Source: Eledone cirrhosa (taxonomy: Eukaryota). Taken from it: DNA of 64,000 nt. Shown piece after piece: positions 37,723 to 50,316 of this stretch. The notes beneath the pieces are model-generated. The model was not told where the DNA came from and did not search any database. It saw nothing but the letters and a program-made list of their open reading frames with translations. Where the stretch lies: NCBI GenBank assembly GCA_964016885.1, contig OZ024740.1, positions 261,330,001 to 261,394,000 of the forward strand, read 5' to 3'. The translations under genes and the position numbers were made by a program. Numbering within the stretch: position 1 is the first letter of the stretch; the number at the start of each line of letters is the position of its first letter.

Positions 37723-40700
37723 AATTGAAGAGTCTGGGCACGGCAGACCTCTCCCTCATTAATTCACCTTATCGTGCTTTCTTTATCAGAGACCGAGTCT
37801 CGAACAGGTCATTTATGGTGGATACAGGATCTAGTTGTAGTATTTGGCCCTTACGGTTCAACTCTACCAAGCCAACTCTTTCCGGCATTTCTTTGTATGC
37901 AATAAATCAGTCTCCTATAAAAATTTATGGACATATATCTTTATCATTGGATCTAGCTTTGCGTCGAGATTTTAAATGGATTTTTGTCATTGCCGACCTA
38001 CCTCATCCTATTCTTGGTGCGGATTTCTTACAGCACTATTCACTTTTGGTAGATGTCAGGAACCAGAAACTTGTTTATAGTACCACATCCTTATCTACGC
38101 CTACTCGTAAATCTACCGCTGCTGCTGTCAGTCCGTCATTTTTTGTGGGTGCTGCCGGAAACCAGTTTCATGCACTCCTTACTTCGTTTCCCGAGTTAAC
38201 GGAAATTTCATTTAAACCTACCCTGGCAGCCCACTCGACTCAACACTTCGTTACAACAACTGGTCCACCTGTTTTCTCTCGTCTACGAAGGTTGGCTCCG
38301 GATAGACTAAAAAAAGCACGAAACGAGTTCGAGCACATGCTCCTGCTCAGTCTTATATGACCGTCCACCAGCCCATGGGCATCTCCACTGCACTTGGCTC
38401 GAAAGGGTGAAGCGAATTTTAGACCTGTGGGAGATTACCGAAGACATAATGTCATCACTTTACAGGATTTTTCATCCGTTCTGCACGGATGCACAATATT
38501 TTCTAAAATAGATCTTGTACGGGCTTACCATCAAATATCCATGAATCCAGAGGATATACCAAAAACAGCTGTGACCACCCCCTTTGGTTCATTTGAATTC
38601 CTCTCCATGCCTTTTGGATTGCGGAATGCCTCTAGCACGTTCCAACGTTTTATCGATGAAGTCATGCGTCGATTGGATTTCGTGTTTGCTTACGTGGATG
38701 ACCTCCTGATAGCCAGTGACAGCTGAACATCATCATCAACATCTATTTCAGTTATTTCAACGTCTTCAATCGTACCAGGTCAGAATCAACCCAGCTAAAT
38801 GTGTGTTTGGTACAGATTCACTGGAATTCCTAGGACATCTTATAGATTCAGAAGGCATTCGACCTCTGCCATTTAAGGTGGAAGAGATTCAGCCCCCCCC
38901 CCCCCCCCACACACCTCATTGAAACAGCTACGTCATTCCTTAAGATTAATCAACTTTTATCGTCGTTTCATTCCTAACTGTGTGGATAAGTTGTTCCCTT
39001 TGACACAGTTTTTAAAGGCTGCGAAAAAGAAAGATGCTCCCATTTCACTTTCTGCCGATGCTTTGCAATCTTTTGAATCCGCCAAGTCTGAAATAGCTAA
39101 AGTCTCCTTTCTGGCTCATCCTTTTGCGAACGCGAGGCTATCCTTAACTGTCGATGCATCCAACCATGCTGTCGGAGCGGTCCTGCAACATACAATCAAC
39201 CACCAGGTTCAACCACTGGCATTTTTCTCACGCCAACTAAAATCAGCAGAGCAACGTTACAGTACTTTTGACAGAGAGCTTTTAGCAGTTTATCTTGCTG
39301 GGAGACACTTCCACCATCTTCTTGAAGGTCGGGAGTTCACGGTATTCACAGACTATAAACCACTCACATTCACTCTTCAAACCAAGTCCGACAGATACTC
39401 TTCGAGGGCATACAGACATTTGGATTTCATCTCCCAGTACACCAGTGACATTCGTCATATAGCTGGAGCTGCCAACGTACCCGCGGACGCACTGTATAGA
39501 CTCCCTGTGTGCTCCCTTGCGTCTCCTGCACATATTGATTTCGTTGCCATTGCGACTGACCAACCTTTTTTGGATTCTCTGGATACTTCTTCTACCCAGT
39601 TTTCCTGCTGTAAATTTGAATATTTACCTCTTCCGTCTGCTGAAGGAAAAATTCTTTGCGACATTTCTACTGGCTCACCCAGACCACTTGTTCCAGATTG
39701 TCATCAGCGTACCATTTTTGATGCACTTCATTCCTTGTCGCATCCCGGCATAGCTGCCACGGTGAAGCTCATCACGGCCCGATTCTTCTAGCCTAACATG
39801 CATCGTTTAATCACTGGTTGGGCACGTTCTTGTTTGCAGTGTCAGTGCTCCAAGGTTCATTGGCATGTTCGCGCTCCTCTTGGTAGATTCAGCCCGCCGG
39901 CGCTCGTTTCCGTCACATTCACATGGATATTGTTGGTCCATGGCCCGTTAGTCGTGGGTTCACATATATATTGACCTGTATCGATCGTTTCTCTCGGTGG
40001 CCTGAAGCAATACCCCTAGTGGACATAACAACAGAGTCCGTTGCCCGAGCTTTCATTTCCAATTGGATTTCTCGCTTTAGTGTTCCTTCTAAAATAACCA
40101 TGGATCGAGGACGTCAGTTCGAGGCCTCCTTATTTCGTGAAATATCACGACTTTTGGGTGCTCATCACATTCATACAACCAGCTATCACCCAGCCTCCAA
40201 TGGAATGGTGGAGAGGTTTCACAGACAGTTGAAAGCTGCACTTCGCGCTACTCCTGATCCGCAACGTTGGACCGAATTTTTGCCAATCGTACTTCTTGGT
40301 TGTCGTTCTGCCATTAAGACAGATTTAGGTTTCTCTTCTTCTGAACTTCTTTATGGTACCACATTGACTCTTCCTGGTCAAATGTTAGCACCGGTGGATT
40401 CATCGCATCTTGACCCAGCATCATATGTTACCAGGATTCGTTCTTACTTCTCGGATCTTCCACCAATGAACCCTCGTGACCAGTCTATTTCTTCTGCTGA
40501 TCCATCGGACATCTCTACGTGGACACACATTTTTATACGGAATGATTCCGTCAAGGGACCGCTTACGTCACCCTATAATGGACCTTTTCGTGTGCTTTCC
40601 CACACACCAAAACATTTCACAGTGGCTGTCAATGGTCGAAAAGAGACAATATCCATTAACAGAGCAAAGAGGGCTTTCTCTGAAAGTCTCATTACATCGC

Positions 40701-40840
40701 CTGTCATACCTCGTACATTCACTCTCACACTAACACCTTCACCTCCACCGCAAACACCACATACGACACAACCTTATGTCACACGAAGTGGCAGAACAGT
40801 GAAATGGCCAAGTAAATTGTCAAAAACTATATACATTTAA
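37723..40840 (+). pseudogene. pol: Gypsy pol (protease, RT, RNase H, integrase) with stops and frameshifts
   Basis: VDTGS; KIDLVRAYHQI, MPFGLRNA, YVDD; DAS..AVGAVL, RELLA; H-H-C-C zinc finger, DIVGP, DRG.QF, NGMVER; lies in the -1 frame relative to gag. Confidence 0.95.
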
Positions 40841-40985
40841 CCCCTAATGGCATTAACAAACTTCTTTTTTCAGTTTAAGATAGAACTAGTGTCAGAAAAG
40901 TCTGTACACTGGTGATGTATGAACTATTTGATTTTTGAAGAAACTTTTAACTAACCATTGAGCATTAATATTTCTCTGCTCCTTT

Positions 40986-41070
40986 GCCTTTCATCCTTAC
41001 GGGGTCGATTAAATAAAGTACCAGTAATGCACTGGGTAATTGCTGGCCTTGTGCCTAATGTAGAAACAAT
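40986..41070 (+). mobile_element. 5'-truncated SINE inside the Gypsy 3' region
   Basis: Flanked by a ~20-bp TSD taatatttctctgctccttt (40966-40985 and 41071-41090). Confidence 0.9.
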
Positions 41071-42199
41071 TAATATTTCTCTGCTCCTTTATGTTACCTT
41101 TGAATTATCAGCTTTGTGACATTTACATTTTTTCTGCATCATCCTTGTGCAGTAAAAAAAATATTCTTTGGAAAATTCATTTACTTGTTTTGTACCTTTT
41201 TGCTCTTTGCTTTAGTTGCGAGCTCATGTTTTATTCATGCACTTTCTTGTACCTTTGCTTTGCTCCTCATTTCTTACGGGTTCTCACTACAATGACCTAC
41301 GGTTGGTTATTCGACTTCTCATCTGAGAGGGGAGTCTTGTAGCGCTCTCTAGACAAAGGGAAGTAACTAGAGTTACTTCACGTAGCATTCTAGAGTATTC
41401 CTTGAACTTCCGTTCTAGGAATTATAAAGCAGGGAGCAAAGAGCAATCTCTCTCTTTGGCGACAGGCTCTTGCACTGTTCACACACGAGCGCAAATACAC
41501 AAAAGTTTTTCTATATCTGTTATCTAATTAAATTAGTGGTTGGCCTGCAGTGGTGTTTTACTGAAGTAAATAACCCTGTGACCAACTCACTAAAACTTGC
41601 ATACTCTATACAGTATACTATACATTCACAATTATCTAAAAATTTAATCATAACATTTTGTATTAATATTTAGTATTACTGTATACTGCCAGTAATATGT
41701 ACAGTATATATACACTATAATTAGTAAAAAGTACACATTTTCTTCCGCAAAAATTTGATTGCACTCTTTTTTTCACTTATGTATTTTTTGAAAATGTTAT
41801 TTATCTATCTATATAATACTAGAAGTCGGTGATTGCTTGCTTGTTTGTAATGTAATACAGCCAACAGGGCGCATAATAGGAAAATACTTTGAAAGGAAGT
41901 TGACCCTGAAATGGGAATACGAATGGAATAAAACAAGTTTTCGCGTAAATCGGACCACGAGTTCCCGAGATATGAATTTTTTCCGGGTACCTTCATAAAC
42001 AAAGAGAGAGAAAGATAGTGGTTGTGACAGAGTAGATTGAAAGAGAGAGAGAGAGGGAGAGGAGACAGAGAAGGAGAATGGAAGAGAGCTGGTGGTGGTG
42101 TATATATATATGTGTGAGTGTGTGTGTATATATATGTGTGTGTGTCTATGACCAGTGTATATAGATCAAAGACAACTACATACACACACACATATATAT

Positions 42200-43160
42200 A
42201 TATTGTTATACTTTGGGAGGGTCATGTTGCCAATAAGAAACACACGCACTAGTTGCTTTCACTTCAATTTATTATAATAAATTTATAAATTTAGGAATTT
42301 ATAAATTTCTGGTTGGTTGGTTGGTTCCACAACCAGATAGTTGTTTATATGAAATGTATAACCTGTAAAATAAGCCCCCATATTAACTGTAAAACTAGAA
42401 ATGTAGTGTATAGCATAAGATGTACTGAAGGACAATGTAGAGACAAAAATATAGTGTACATAGGTGAGACAGCTCGTAGTGTAGGGGAACGGATAAATGA
42501 ACACTGGCGAGACCTTCAAGATAGTAAAGAATCATCTGTACTCTACCAACATGCTAAAATAGAACATAAGGGTAAATTAGAGAACATAGAAATAAAAATA
42601 GACGCAATGTTTAGACAAATCACAGAGGCAATAAACATAAAAGAATTACAACCAAAATTAAATAGAAAATATGAGTGGAACAGCCACATCACAACTTACA
42701 ATTAAGGACAAAATGAAAACACACACGCACATAGAACAAACAACCAACCGGTAACATGTAAATAAACAAATAAATAAACGAATATAAACACACACAGACA
42801 CCCGGATGTGACGCATGCGCAGACTGAGCACACAACACACACACACAGAAACAAAATGGCGTAGGACAGAACAAAGGAGAGGCACAAAAACAAAGAAAAG
42901 AATCCCCAGTCACTGAAGAGGTCACAGAATGTGTGACGAAAGAACTTTGACAATATATAAACAACTATCTGGTTGTGGAACCAACCAACCAGAAATTTAT
43001 AAATTCCTAAATTTATAAATTTATTATAATAAATTGAAGTGAAAGCAACTGGTGCGTGTGTTTCTTATTGGCAACATGACCCTCCCAAAGTATAACAATA
43101 TCGGTTTCAACACACGATTTCAGATAAAGAATCTTGCTAAACAAATTCAGAAACGAAATA
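42200..43160 (+). mobile_element. Penelope-like 3' fragment (GIY-YIG) between inverted repeats
   Basis: CKTRNVVYSIRC...YIGETARS..ERINEH; 42200-42350 is inverted to ~42955-43101. Confidence 0.9.
42909..42951 (+). ncRNA. Minimal type I hammerhead in pLTR
   Basis: GTCA-CTGAAGA-G GTCACA gaatg TGTGAC-GAAA-GAAC-TT-TGAC. Confidence 0.7.
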
Positions 43161-43400
43161 TATATATATATATATATACAATGATATTAAATAAATGGAA
43201 ACTATATTTATAAAACCATATTTATTCTATTATATATATTTCAAGGGTACCAAACACTTTGATACGCTTTCATCAGATAAAATACAAAGTGTGTTTTATA
43301 AATTTTTTTGACATAGCCAAGGAACATACCTTAACGGTTTAAGTTTTTGGTACCCTGTATGTATACACGCACACACATTTATATATATACATACACACAC

Positions 43401-43460
<60 letters not shown>

Positions 43461-43849
43461 GCCTTCTAGTTTCATTTCACATTATATACATGTCTGTGTA
43501 TGTTTTAATTATTTAAAAATTATTTTTAAGTGAACATGATTTAAAAAAAATATTTTGAAGTGAACGTGACCCAATGGGTCACGGGTAGTCTAGTTCATTA
43601 TAAAAATTAAATGATAACATTCTATATGTGGGTGGGTCCCATTTAACTCCTGCAACCAATATTTTTAGACCCAGTCCGCCACTGCCACGTGTATCGTTAT
43701 GGCCCTTTACGTTCTGAGTTCAACCGCCGAGGTTAACGTTGCCTTTCATCCTTACGGGGTTCGATAAAATAAAGTACCAGTAACATAGCGAGATTGATTT
43801 AATCGACCCCACATCCGCAAAAAAAGAAAGAAAAAATTTGTTGGCCTTC

Positions 43850-43901
43850 CAGTCACGTGTTACGAGTTACTTCCCTTCTAATTTATCTAACTTAAATCAA
43901 G
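43850..43901 (+). promoter_or_regulatory. Putative PNP promoter / 5' UTR
   Basis: E-box GTCACGTG and ACTTCC immediately upstream of the candidate ATG exon. Confidence 0.4.
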
Positions 43902-43921
43902 ATGCAGACTTCGTGTGACAG
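43902..43921 (+). CDS. PNP: Candidate PNP coding exon 1 (MQTSCD-)
   Basis: caagATG context; 20 nt ending in phase 2 at AG|GTTTGA, in frame with the exon at 50147. Confidence 0.55.
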
Positions 43922-44479
43922 GTTTGATTATATATGTCAATTAATTAATTATTGTATTTAAATTCCACATTTCTTGTTCAGTTATAATAAACACATTTCA
44001 TTGTTAACAAGCCTTACGTGGTTATATGCATTCTGTGTTTCAATTGCATATGTCGCTGGTACTTGTTTTTTAAATGAATTGTGTTCAGTAATTTTATTCA
44101 CTGTTGTACAAAAAAAGAAATATAATAATACAATGCTTACAGAACGAAAACACAAACAATTGTTTAAATTGTATTTTAGTTTGCTTCCTAATTAAGTTGA
44201 TTTGACATGTTAAAAAGCACTGTTTATAAAATGTTAGTGTCTTTATTACGTGGCTATAACTTTTCTTTTTGCCGATTCTTAATCTGGTATTCTAAAAAGT
44301 ATACCCCCCCCCCCCCCAACCCAATAAGGATTCACAATTCAGTGCTTTATTTCTATAGAATATGCAATAACAGTGTCACCATTGCTCCATCTCCCCGAGA
44401 AGTTTACCGCTAATGATCCGGGGTTGCTTATTCGTCCAGCAGCTGCCCGCTTATATCGCAACTAACCAATATATCTGGT

Positions 44480-45050
44480 GGCCGTTCTCTAGCATTACAA
44501 CCAAACTCGCTATCTTCAATTCGGTATTTGTATCAACCCTCACCCATGGTCATGAATCATAGGTAATGACCGAAATAGTATGATCGCGGATACAAGCAGC
44601 CGAAATGGGATTCCTTCGAAGTGTATTTGGCGTAACGTTACACGATAGAGTGTGTAGCTTGGAGATCAGAGAGTCACTCCAGGTATAGCCGCTACTTATC
44701 TTAATTGAGAGATCACAGCTCCGTTATTAAGGACATGTAGTTATAATTGTTTCTACTCTTGGCACAAGGCCAGCAATTATCCCAGTGTATTACTGGTACT
44801 TCATTTTATCGACCCATGTAGTTATAATGAATTAGAAAAGAATCGCTGGACAGATTTTACGGGCAAAACTAGCTGACAGGAGATCCAGGGGTATACTCCA
44901 AGCAAGATGGTTGGATAACATACATGAGCTTAGCTGGTCTCGCTTAAGGATCCAGCCTGATTAATTGGAGACGGTTGCTTCTGACAGAACCCGCTGGGAG
45001 GAGTGTTTGAGAACTCTGTCCCCACGACCCTCTCAAAAATAAGTGGGCGA
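44480..45050 (+). mobile_element. RTE LINE 3' fragment interrupted by a SINE tail
   Basis: SRIQAAEMGFLR motif; minus-strand SINE piece flanked by a catgtagttataat TSD (44734-44747 and 44815-44828). Confidence 0.85.
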
Positions 45051-46610
45051 AGAGGAGTGCATTTGTCATTGCAACTGTGTCATGTTATAGACAGGCGTAC
45101 ATTATAAATTGATGTGCGTACATCAAGAAATTAATTGTATTAAATGATATAGCAATTAATTATTCTAATTATCATTCATGCAAAATAAATAACTACTACA
45201 TAGATTAAATGGTAAACAAACGAATTTGCTAGTGTTCGTTGTAGTGCATTTAAGCTGTCTACATCTTCCAAACCTTTTTATTACCATCTTTTAAAAGAAA
45301 ACTACCGTGAATTTGAAGCGATTTGGTAGAACAACTAATTTTCTTCTGATTTATCTGATGTTCGATGAAACAACAAATGTTCTTACATAAAATTTAGATC
45401 GAAGATTTTTCGATAAATATAAAAATACTTTGTATCATAGATTTAGGGGCGGGAGCTGGTAATTTCGTATAAAAAAAGTTTAATCTTCTAAACTATCTCG
45501 ACCTGCGAGAAATAGCAGCCACCAGCACCACCACCACTACTACTACTACTACTGACAGTAGTAAGAAAAAAAAAAAGAAAGGACAAATTTAATGGATAGG
45601 TGTGAAAGGATAGCGGGGATGACACTGAAGACAAGGTCCAAGAGGTCTGTTTTAGTAATAGGAAAATAATTGTTTATCGGCATCAATGCCAACAGTAACA
45701 AGAATCCTAATTACCATTAAGAATGGTACTTACATTGGATATTTAGTGTGTGGCTACAAGTGGTTTTAGTTGTCCAGTTTTGATTCTTTGTATGATGGAA
45801 TCTTCATAGGTGCGTTCGCATTAGTGTCGACAACAACAACAACAACGACCTATGGTACCAGGGGTGGGGTGGGGTGCGCAAGTTCAGTATCTGGCACATT
45901 GTTTTTGGTAGTGATAATAAAATGAATAAAGTAAAATTAAAATAATTAAAAGAAAATTGATCAATGTACATGGACAGAAGGGGTAACCGAGAAAACAAGC
46001 TCAAGATCTGTTTTAGTAATAGGCGAATGTGTCGGCATCAGCGACAACAACCACCACAATTGTTCTCAAGGGTGGTAATATTGGAATTTACGATGGACGC
46101 TTACACATCATCCCCACCACCATCTGCAGCTGCTGCGGTCAAAGTAGAAGTTGCAGCGGTAACTGGAGCAACAACAACAATCAAAGAGCAGTGACATAAA
46201 CACAGCAACAACGACAACAGAAATGACGGCAATTGTGACGGTGACGACGGCGATAATACCATCATCACCACAAACAGCAGTATCATTGACAATGACAGTC
46301 ATATCAATGACGGTAACGGTATCAATAATGATGATGTCGACAACGAAGACTGTGTTGATATAGTGGTGGACTTAATAGTTCTTGAACTGGCGGAGTGAAA
46401 TAAGATATAATGAGAGGATACAATAAATTGACAGAATTGTGTAAGAGAATAGATCAACAGAACATTACTCTAGTGTGTTTGTCTGTTGGTAGGTGGATAT
46501 TTTGGTCCGATGATGGGCATGATTGGTGTATTAGTAGTCTGTTTTGGGTTCTTATACATGAAGCATAAAGCAAAGAATGTTGAGTTATATATATGTATAT
46601 ATATATATAT

Positions 46611-47000
46611 ATAAAAAAGTGAAGAATAACATGGTTGACAGCACAAACAAGGGTATTTATTTACAGTCTTACAATTGTTTCCATGATATAATTGTCTATA
46701 AATTGCTAAATACTGGAGATAGTATAACTCAATTTACAATACATTTAAGTTCGAGCATTTCAACAGAAACCTTTAAGAAATATAAAATATATGCGTAATG
46801 GTAAACTTAAAAATTCAAAATTATTTAATATTTATTAATGGTTTCTGATGAAATGATCGAACTTAAATGTATTGTAAATTGAGTTATACTATCTCCAGTA
46901 TTTAGCAATTTATAGACAATTCTATCATGGAAACAATTGTAAGACTGTAAATAAATACCCTTGTTTGTGCTGTCAACCATGTTATTCTTAACTTTTTTAT
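46611..47000. repeat. Fold-back element with ~170-bp arms and a long-stem-II hammerhead
   Basis: 46611-~46785 is inverted to ~46828-47000; begins right after a (TA)n tract. Confidence 0.9.
46840..46946 (+). ncRNA. Type I hammerhead with ~78-nt stem II
   Basis: GGTTT-CTGATGA-A ATGAT...TAAATTG..TACT/AGTA..CAATTTA...ATCAT G-GAAA CAATTG TA-AGACT. Confidence 0.6.
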
Positions 47001-47595
47001 TACTCCAAGATATATTTACATAGGAATACAAGAGAACTTATAAAATCGTCACCGACGTAAACATCTTGTTGAGTCACACATTACCGTTCGCTTAAACTGT
47101 CCATAATAAGTTGTTTTCACAGACTATTATCCGATTACCTTTAACGATTTATTGTTATCCTACATATATATATATTATATATATATATAAATAATGATTT
47201 GGTAATGGTCTGTAACAACAATAATACCTACTTCACAGGCCCTCGCCGAATCAAATATTTTCTCTGTTAGTGTTTGCTGTGGTCCCTTTATTGACTGACT
47301 GATTGTGCAGTATGCACCTGATGTTGCCAGGATCTTACGTAACCATGCCATTGGGGTATGTGTGGTGTTTTTACGGCAGTGAAACTTTGGGGGAGCTTTG
47401 CCGGTCCAACCTCCTGTTGTTTTAATCAGACTGATATTTAGCTCCATTCCTGCACCACCCACAGGATTCAACATCAACGATGGATGAGTTGCATAATGTT
47501 AAGTGCTTTTCCAACTACCATATGGTTAACTAAGCGGAGTGACCAGTTCTGTCCAGTGGTGAGCCACTAAACTTAAATTAATATTTATATATATA

Positions 47596-47641
<46 letters not shown>

Positions 47642-47767
47642 CACAAATGTATGTATATATATATGTATGAATCAAAACATATCAAATATATTAGAATTAT
47701 GTGCTTTTCAATAAACAAGCCGAGTAGACTTTATCCAGAGCAATAATAAATCAAATGTAAAATGTAT

Positions 47768-47975
47768 ATCTCTATATCTAAAACAGAGAATGTCTGTCTG
47801 ACTCCCTAAAACTCGAGAACCACCCAACAGATTTTTTTTCAAACTCTACACATGTAATACTTATGGTCGTGTGAGTGTTCTGAGCAAAAGAAATTTCAAA
47901 TTTTCAATGCCCTAGGGACCGCATTAGGTGCCAAACGTCGCGCCCTTATAATATCTGTCTGGCTGTCTGCATTAC
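47768..47975 (+). mobile_element. Helitron-like 5' fragment
   Basis: A|TCTCTATATCTAAAA followed by a tgtc microrepeat, typical of non-autonomous Helitrons. Confidence 0.45.
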
Positions 47976-48084
47976 GACATTATGATGCTATCTGTGTGTG
48001 TGTGTGTGTGTATATATGTATATATAGTGTGTGTATATATATATAGTGTGTGTAACGTTTTTCGAAATATTTACTTCTGCGTTT

Positions 48085-48159
48085 ACAGATTGATTTTTTT
48101 AGTTTCAGAAGATCCCGTTAAGGGTGAAAGCAGTGATTCTTGCTTAAACTTTAATCTGT
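48085..48159 (+). ncRNA. Type I hammerhead-like motif (U4A core), copy 2
   Basis: Near-identical to 7055-7131; followed by a long (TA)n tract. Confidence 0.65.
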
Positions 48160-48161
48160 TA

Positions 48162-48235
<74 letters not shown>

Positions 48236-49007
48236 TATATTCGTGTACAGATATTTTTGCATACACTAAAACAAAATATAAACAGCAGCAAAAACAACAA
48301 CAAAAAGAGAGGGAACGCAATTACATGCTTTTGAAAAATTCTAATGGAAAATGATTTGCCTATTGACCCACTTTTCATTAGGACTTCTGCATTAATTGGT
48401 GAACATACGATGAAACATTGAAAGGAGTAAGACCACACCACTCTCCACCACTGCAGTCCCACATGCTTACTGCTCTGTAACTGTTGCTTTCATTGTACCA
48501 TAGCACAACAAATACATGTTCGGTTTGTCAAATGCCTTTTTACTTAACCCTATCGTTTTGGCTTTCGTGGGTTGAACATTTTACTCTCAGGCACCCAATT
48601 AACTTTAAACCCTGGTAATCTACGACAAATTTTTTTTATAAGCACAAAATGTAGACACCATCCCGAGGCTGAGGTATTCCGTACTTCTCTGTACTGTTTC
48701 AGAAAGGAGGGATAAACATGCCAATCTATGTTTAGAATCCCAAGCAAAGCCATTCTGCTAGTATGGGAGATAAACAGCCATATATCTTAGAGAAAACACT
48801 GTATATTGTATATATACTAAATATATATTTCAGAGAGGAATATGTACACAAGATACCATCTTGGGTACATATTCCTCTCTGAAATATATCACCTTGATCA
48901 CCTTCACTGACCAGTCTGTCGGGCGCCATTCGGCACCGCTGGTCACAGCACGTGCTGTTTTAGCCATACGATGATGCCATCTCACTGGCTGTGTGGGCAG
49001 GCCGTAA

Positions 49008-49290
49008 GTCTAAAGTCTGTCTTAAGCCAGAAGGCTCATTTGGCCGGTGCTTATCCCGGTTTCATGGCGTGAAGTGACTGAGAGTACAAGACTCCCCCCT
49101 GGACAGGAGGCCAGTCCATCGCAGGGTTAAACCTCCAGCTATTGCTGGTACTCATTTTCAGCTGAGTAAACTGGAGCAACGTGAAATAAAGTGTCTTGCT
49201 CAAGGAAACAACACATCACCCGGTCCAAGAATTGAACTCACAACCTTTCGATTGCAAGCCTACTGCTCTAACCACTAAGCCATGCGCCTT
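49008..49290 (-). mobile_element. Full-length tRNA SINE, V-domain-like
   Basis: Minus strand has A box TGGCTTAGTGG, B box GAGTTCAATTC, and ccttgagcaagacactt and cctgcgatggactggc blocks. Confidence 0.8.
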
Positions 49291-49298
49291 CACCTCTG

Positions 49299-49342
<44 letters not shown>

Positions 49343-49399
49343 TCCCCCAAAAATGTATACACACTTTGATTACCTATACTGGCAATATTTATTAGGATG

Positions 49400-50015
49400 C
49401 TGTTGAAGTGTATATACACAAAAGATGACAGCTGCCTAAAAAGGTGCAGAGTGATCAAAGTTGATGGAAGCCTTGGAATGGGAAGATCCAAGGAGACTTG
49501 GGGTGGGGTGATAAAAGCTGACCTTGCCCAATTACACCTCTCAAAGGCGATGACACAGGACCCAGATCTCTTGCATTATGGAGTAATACAGAAGACCTGC
49601 CTTCCCATGGGTACAGGCCAAAGCTGAAGCATATATATAGTATACTCTGCCCCACCCTCCCATTGTAAAGTGGTCGTGAAGGTGTCTCGACAAAAAGCAC
49701 CCAGCCCACACTGTATAGTGATTGTGTAGGTGTCCCAAGAAAAAGCACCCTGTCCACACTGTAAAGTGGGCGTGTATGTGTCACAACAAAAAGCACCCAA
49801 TACTCACTGTAAAGTGGGTGTGCAGGCATCACACAAAAAGCACCTAGTACTCACTGTAAATGAGGTTGGCATTAGGAAGGGCATCCAGCTGTAGAAACCA
49901 AGCCCAAATCAGTTCTGTATAAGTAAAGCATGGTCACCTGACCTAGCATTGCCCACAACAGGACAACTCGTCTAACCCATGCTAGCATAGAAGAATGGAC
50001 GTAAAACGGTGATTA
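49400..50015 (+). mobile_element. RTE LINE 3' end with four 48-bp units
   Basis: KDDSCLKRCRVIKVDG...GRSKETW; tandem units at 49661-49860; aggaagggcatccagc motif. Confidence 0.85.
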
Positions 50016-50146
50016 TATATATATAAGCACATGCAGACATACTTATACATACACATCTCTATGAAGAAAAAAATGATTTAATGCAGCATATCTAAAAGCA
50101 ACAAAAAATGATTTATTAATAGTTTTTTTCTTTTTTTTTTTTTCAG

Positions 50147-50316
50147 TATCCCTTACGAGAAAGTGGAATGTATTTCCAACGTCATAAGACCCAAGCTAAA
50201 AAGTCCCCCAAAGCTTGGTGTCATTTGTGGTTCTGGTCTTGGAGGGTTAGCTGATATGGTTACTGATGCAATATGCTTCCCTTATTCTGAATTACCTGAC
50301 TTTCCAGTCAGTACAG
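50147..50316 (+). CDS. PNP: Purine nucleoside phosphorylase exon 2
   Basis: KLGVICGSGLGGLAD...PYSELPDFPVST; AG/GT boundaries; 170 nt. Confidence 0.95.

Larger units (their letters stand above)
36644..41594 (+). mobile_element. Full-length decayed Ty3/Gypsy LTR retrotransposon
   Basis: 257-bp LTRs (36644-36900 and 41338-41594), ACTT TSD, PBS TGGTGACCCAGACGT (tRNA-Trp-like), PPT at 41325-41334, domain order gag-PR-RT-RH-IN. Confidence 0.97.
41804..43593 (+). mobile_element. Non-autonomous Helitron carrying a Penelope insertion
   Basis: 5' A|TC; 3' hairpin CGTGACCC-aat-GGGTCACG (43565-43583) then CTAG|T (43590-43594); second copy at the window start. Confidence 0.8.

Noticed and set aside
45580-46100. 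Gene in trinucleotide-rich region
   Set aside because: Only a degenerate local duplication (45590-45745 versus 45965-46095) and simple repeats; no protein motif.
47175-48780. Nested gene fragments in PNP intron 1
   Set aside because: Short ORFs with no recognisable motifs or splice structure; would need BLASTX to assess.
49230-49290. tRNA gene
   Set aside because: The A and B boxes belong to a SINE head; no acceptor stem, and the sequence continues into the SINE body.
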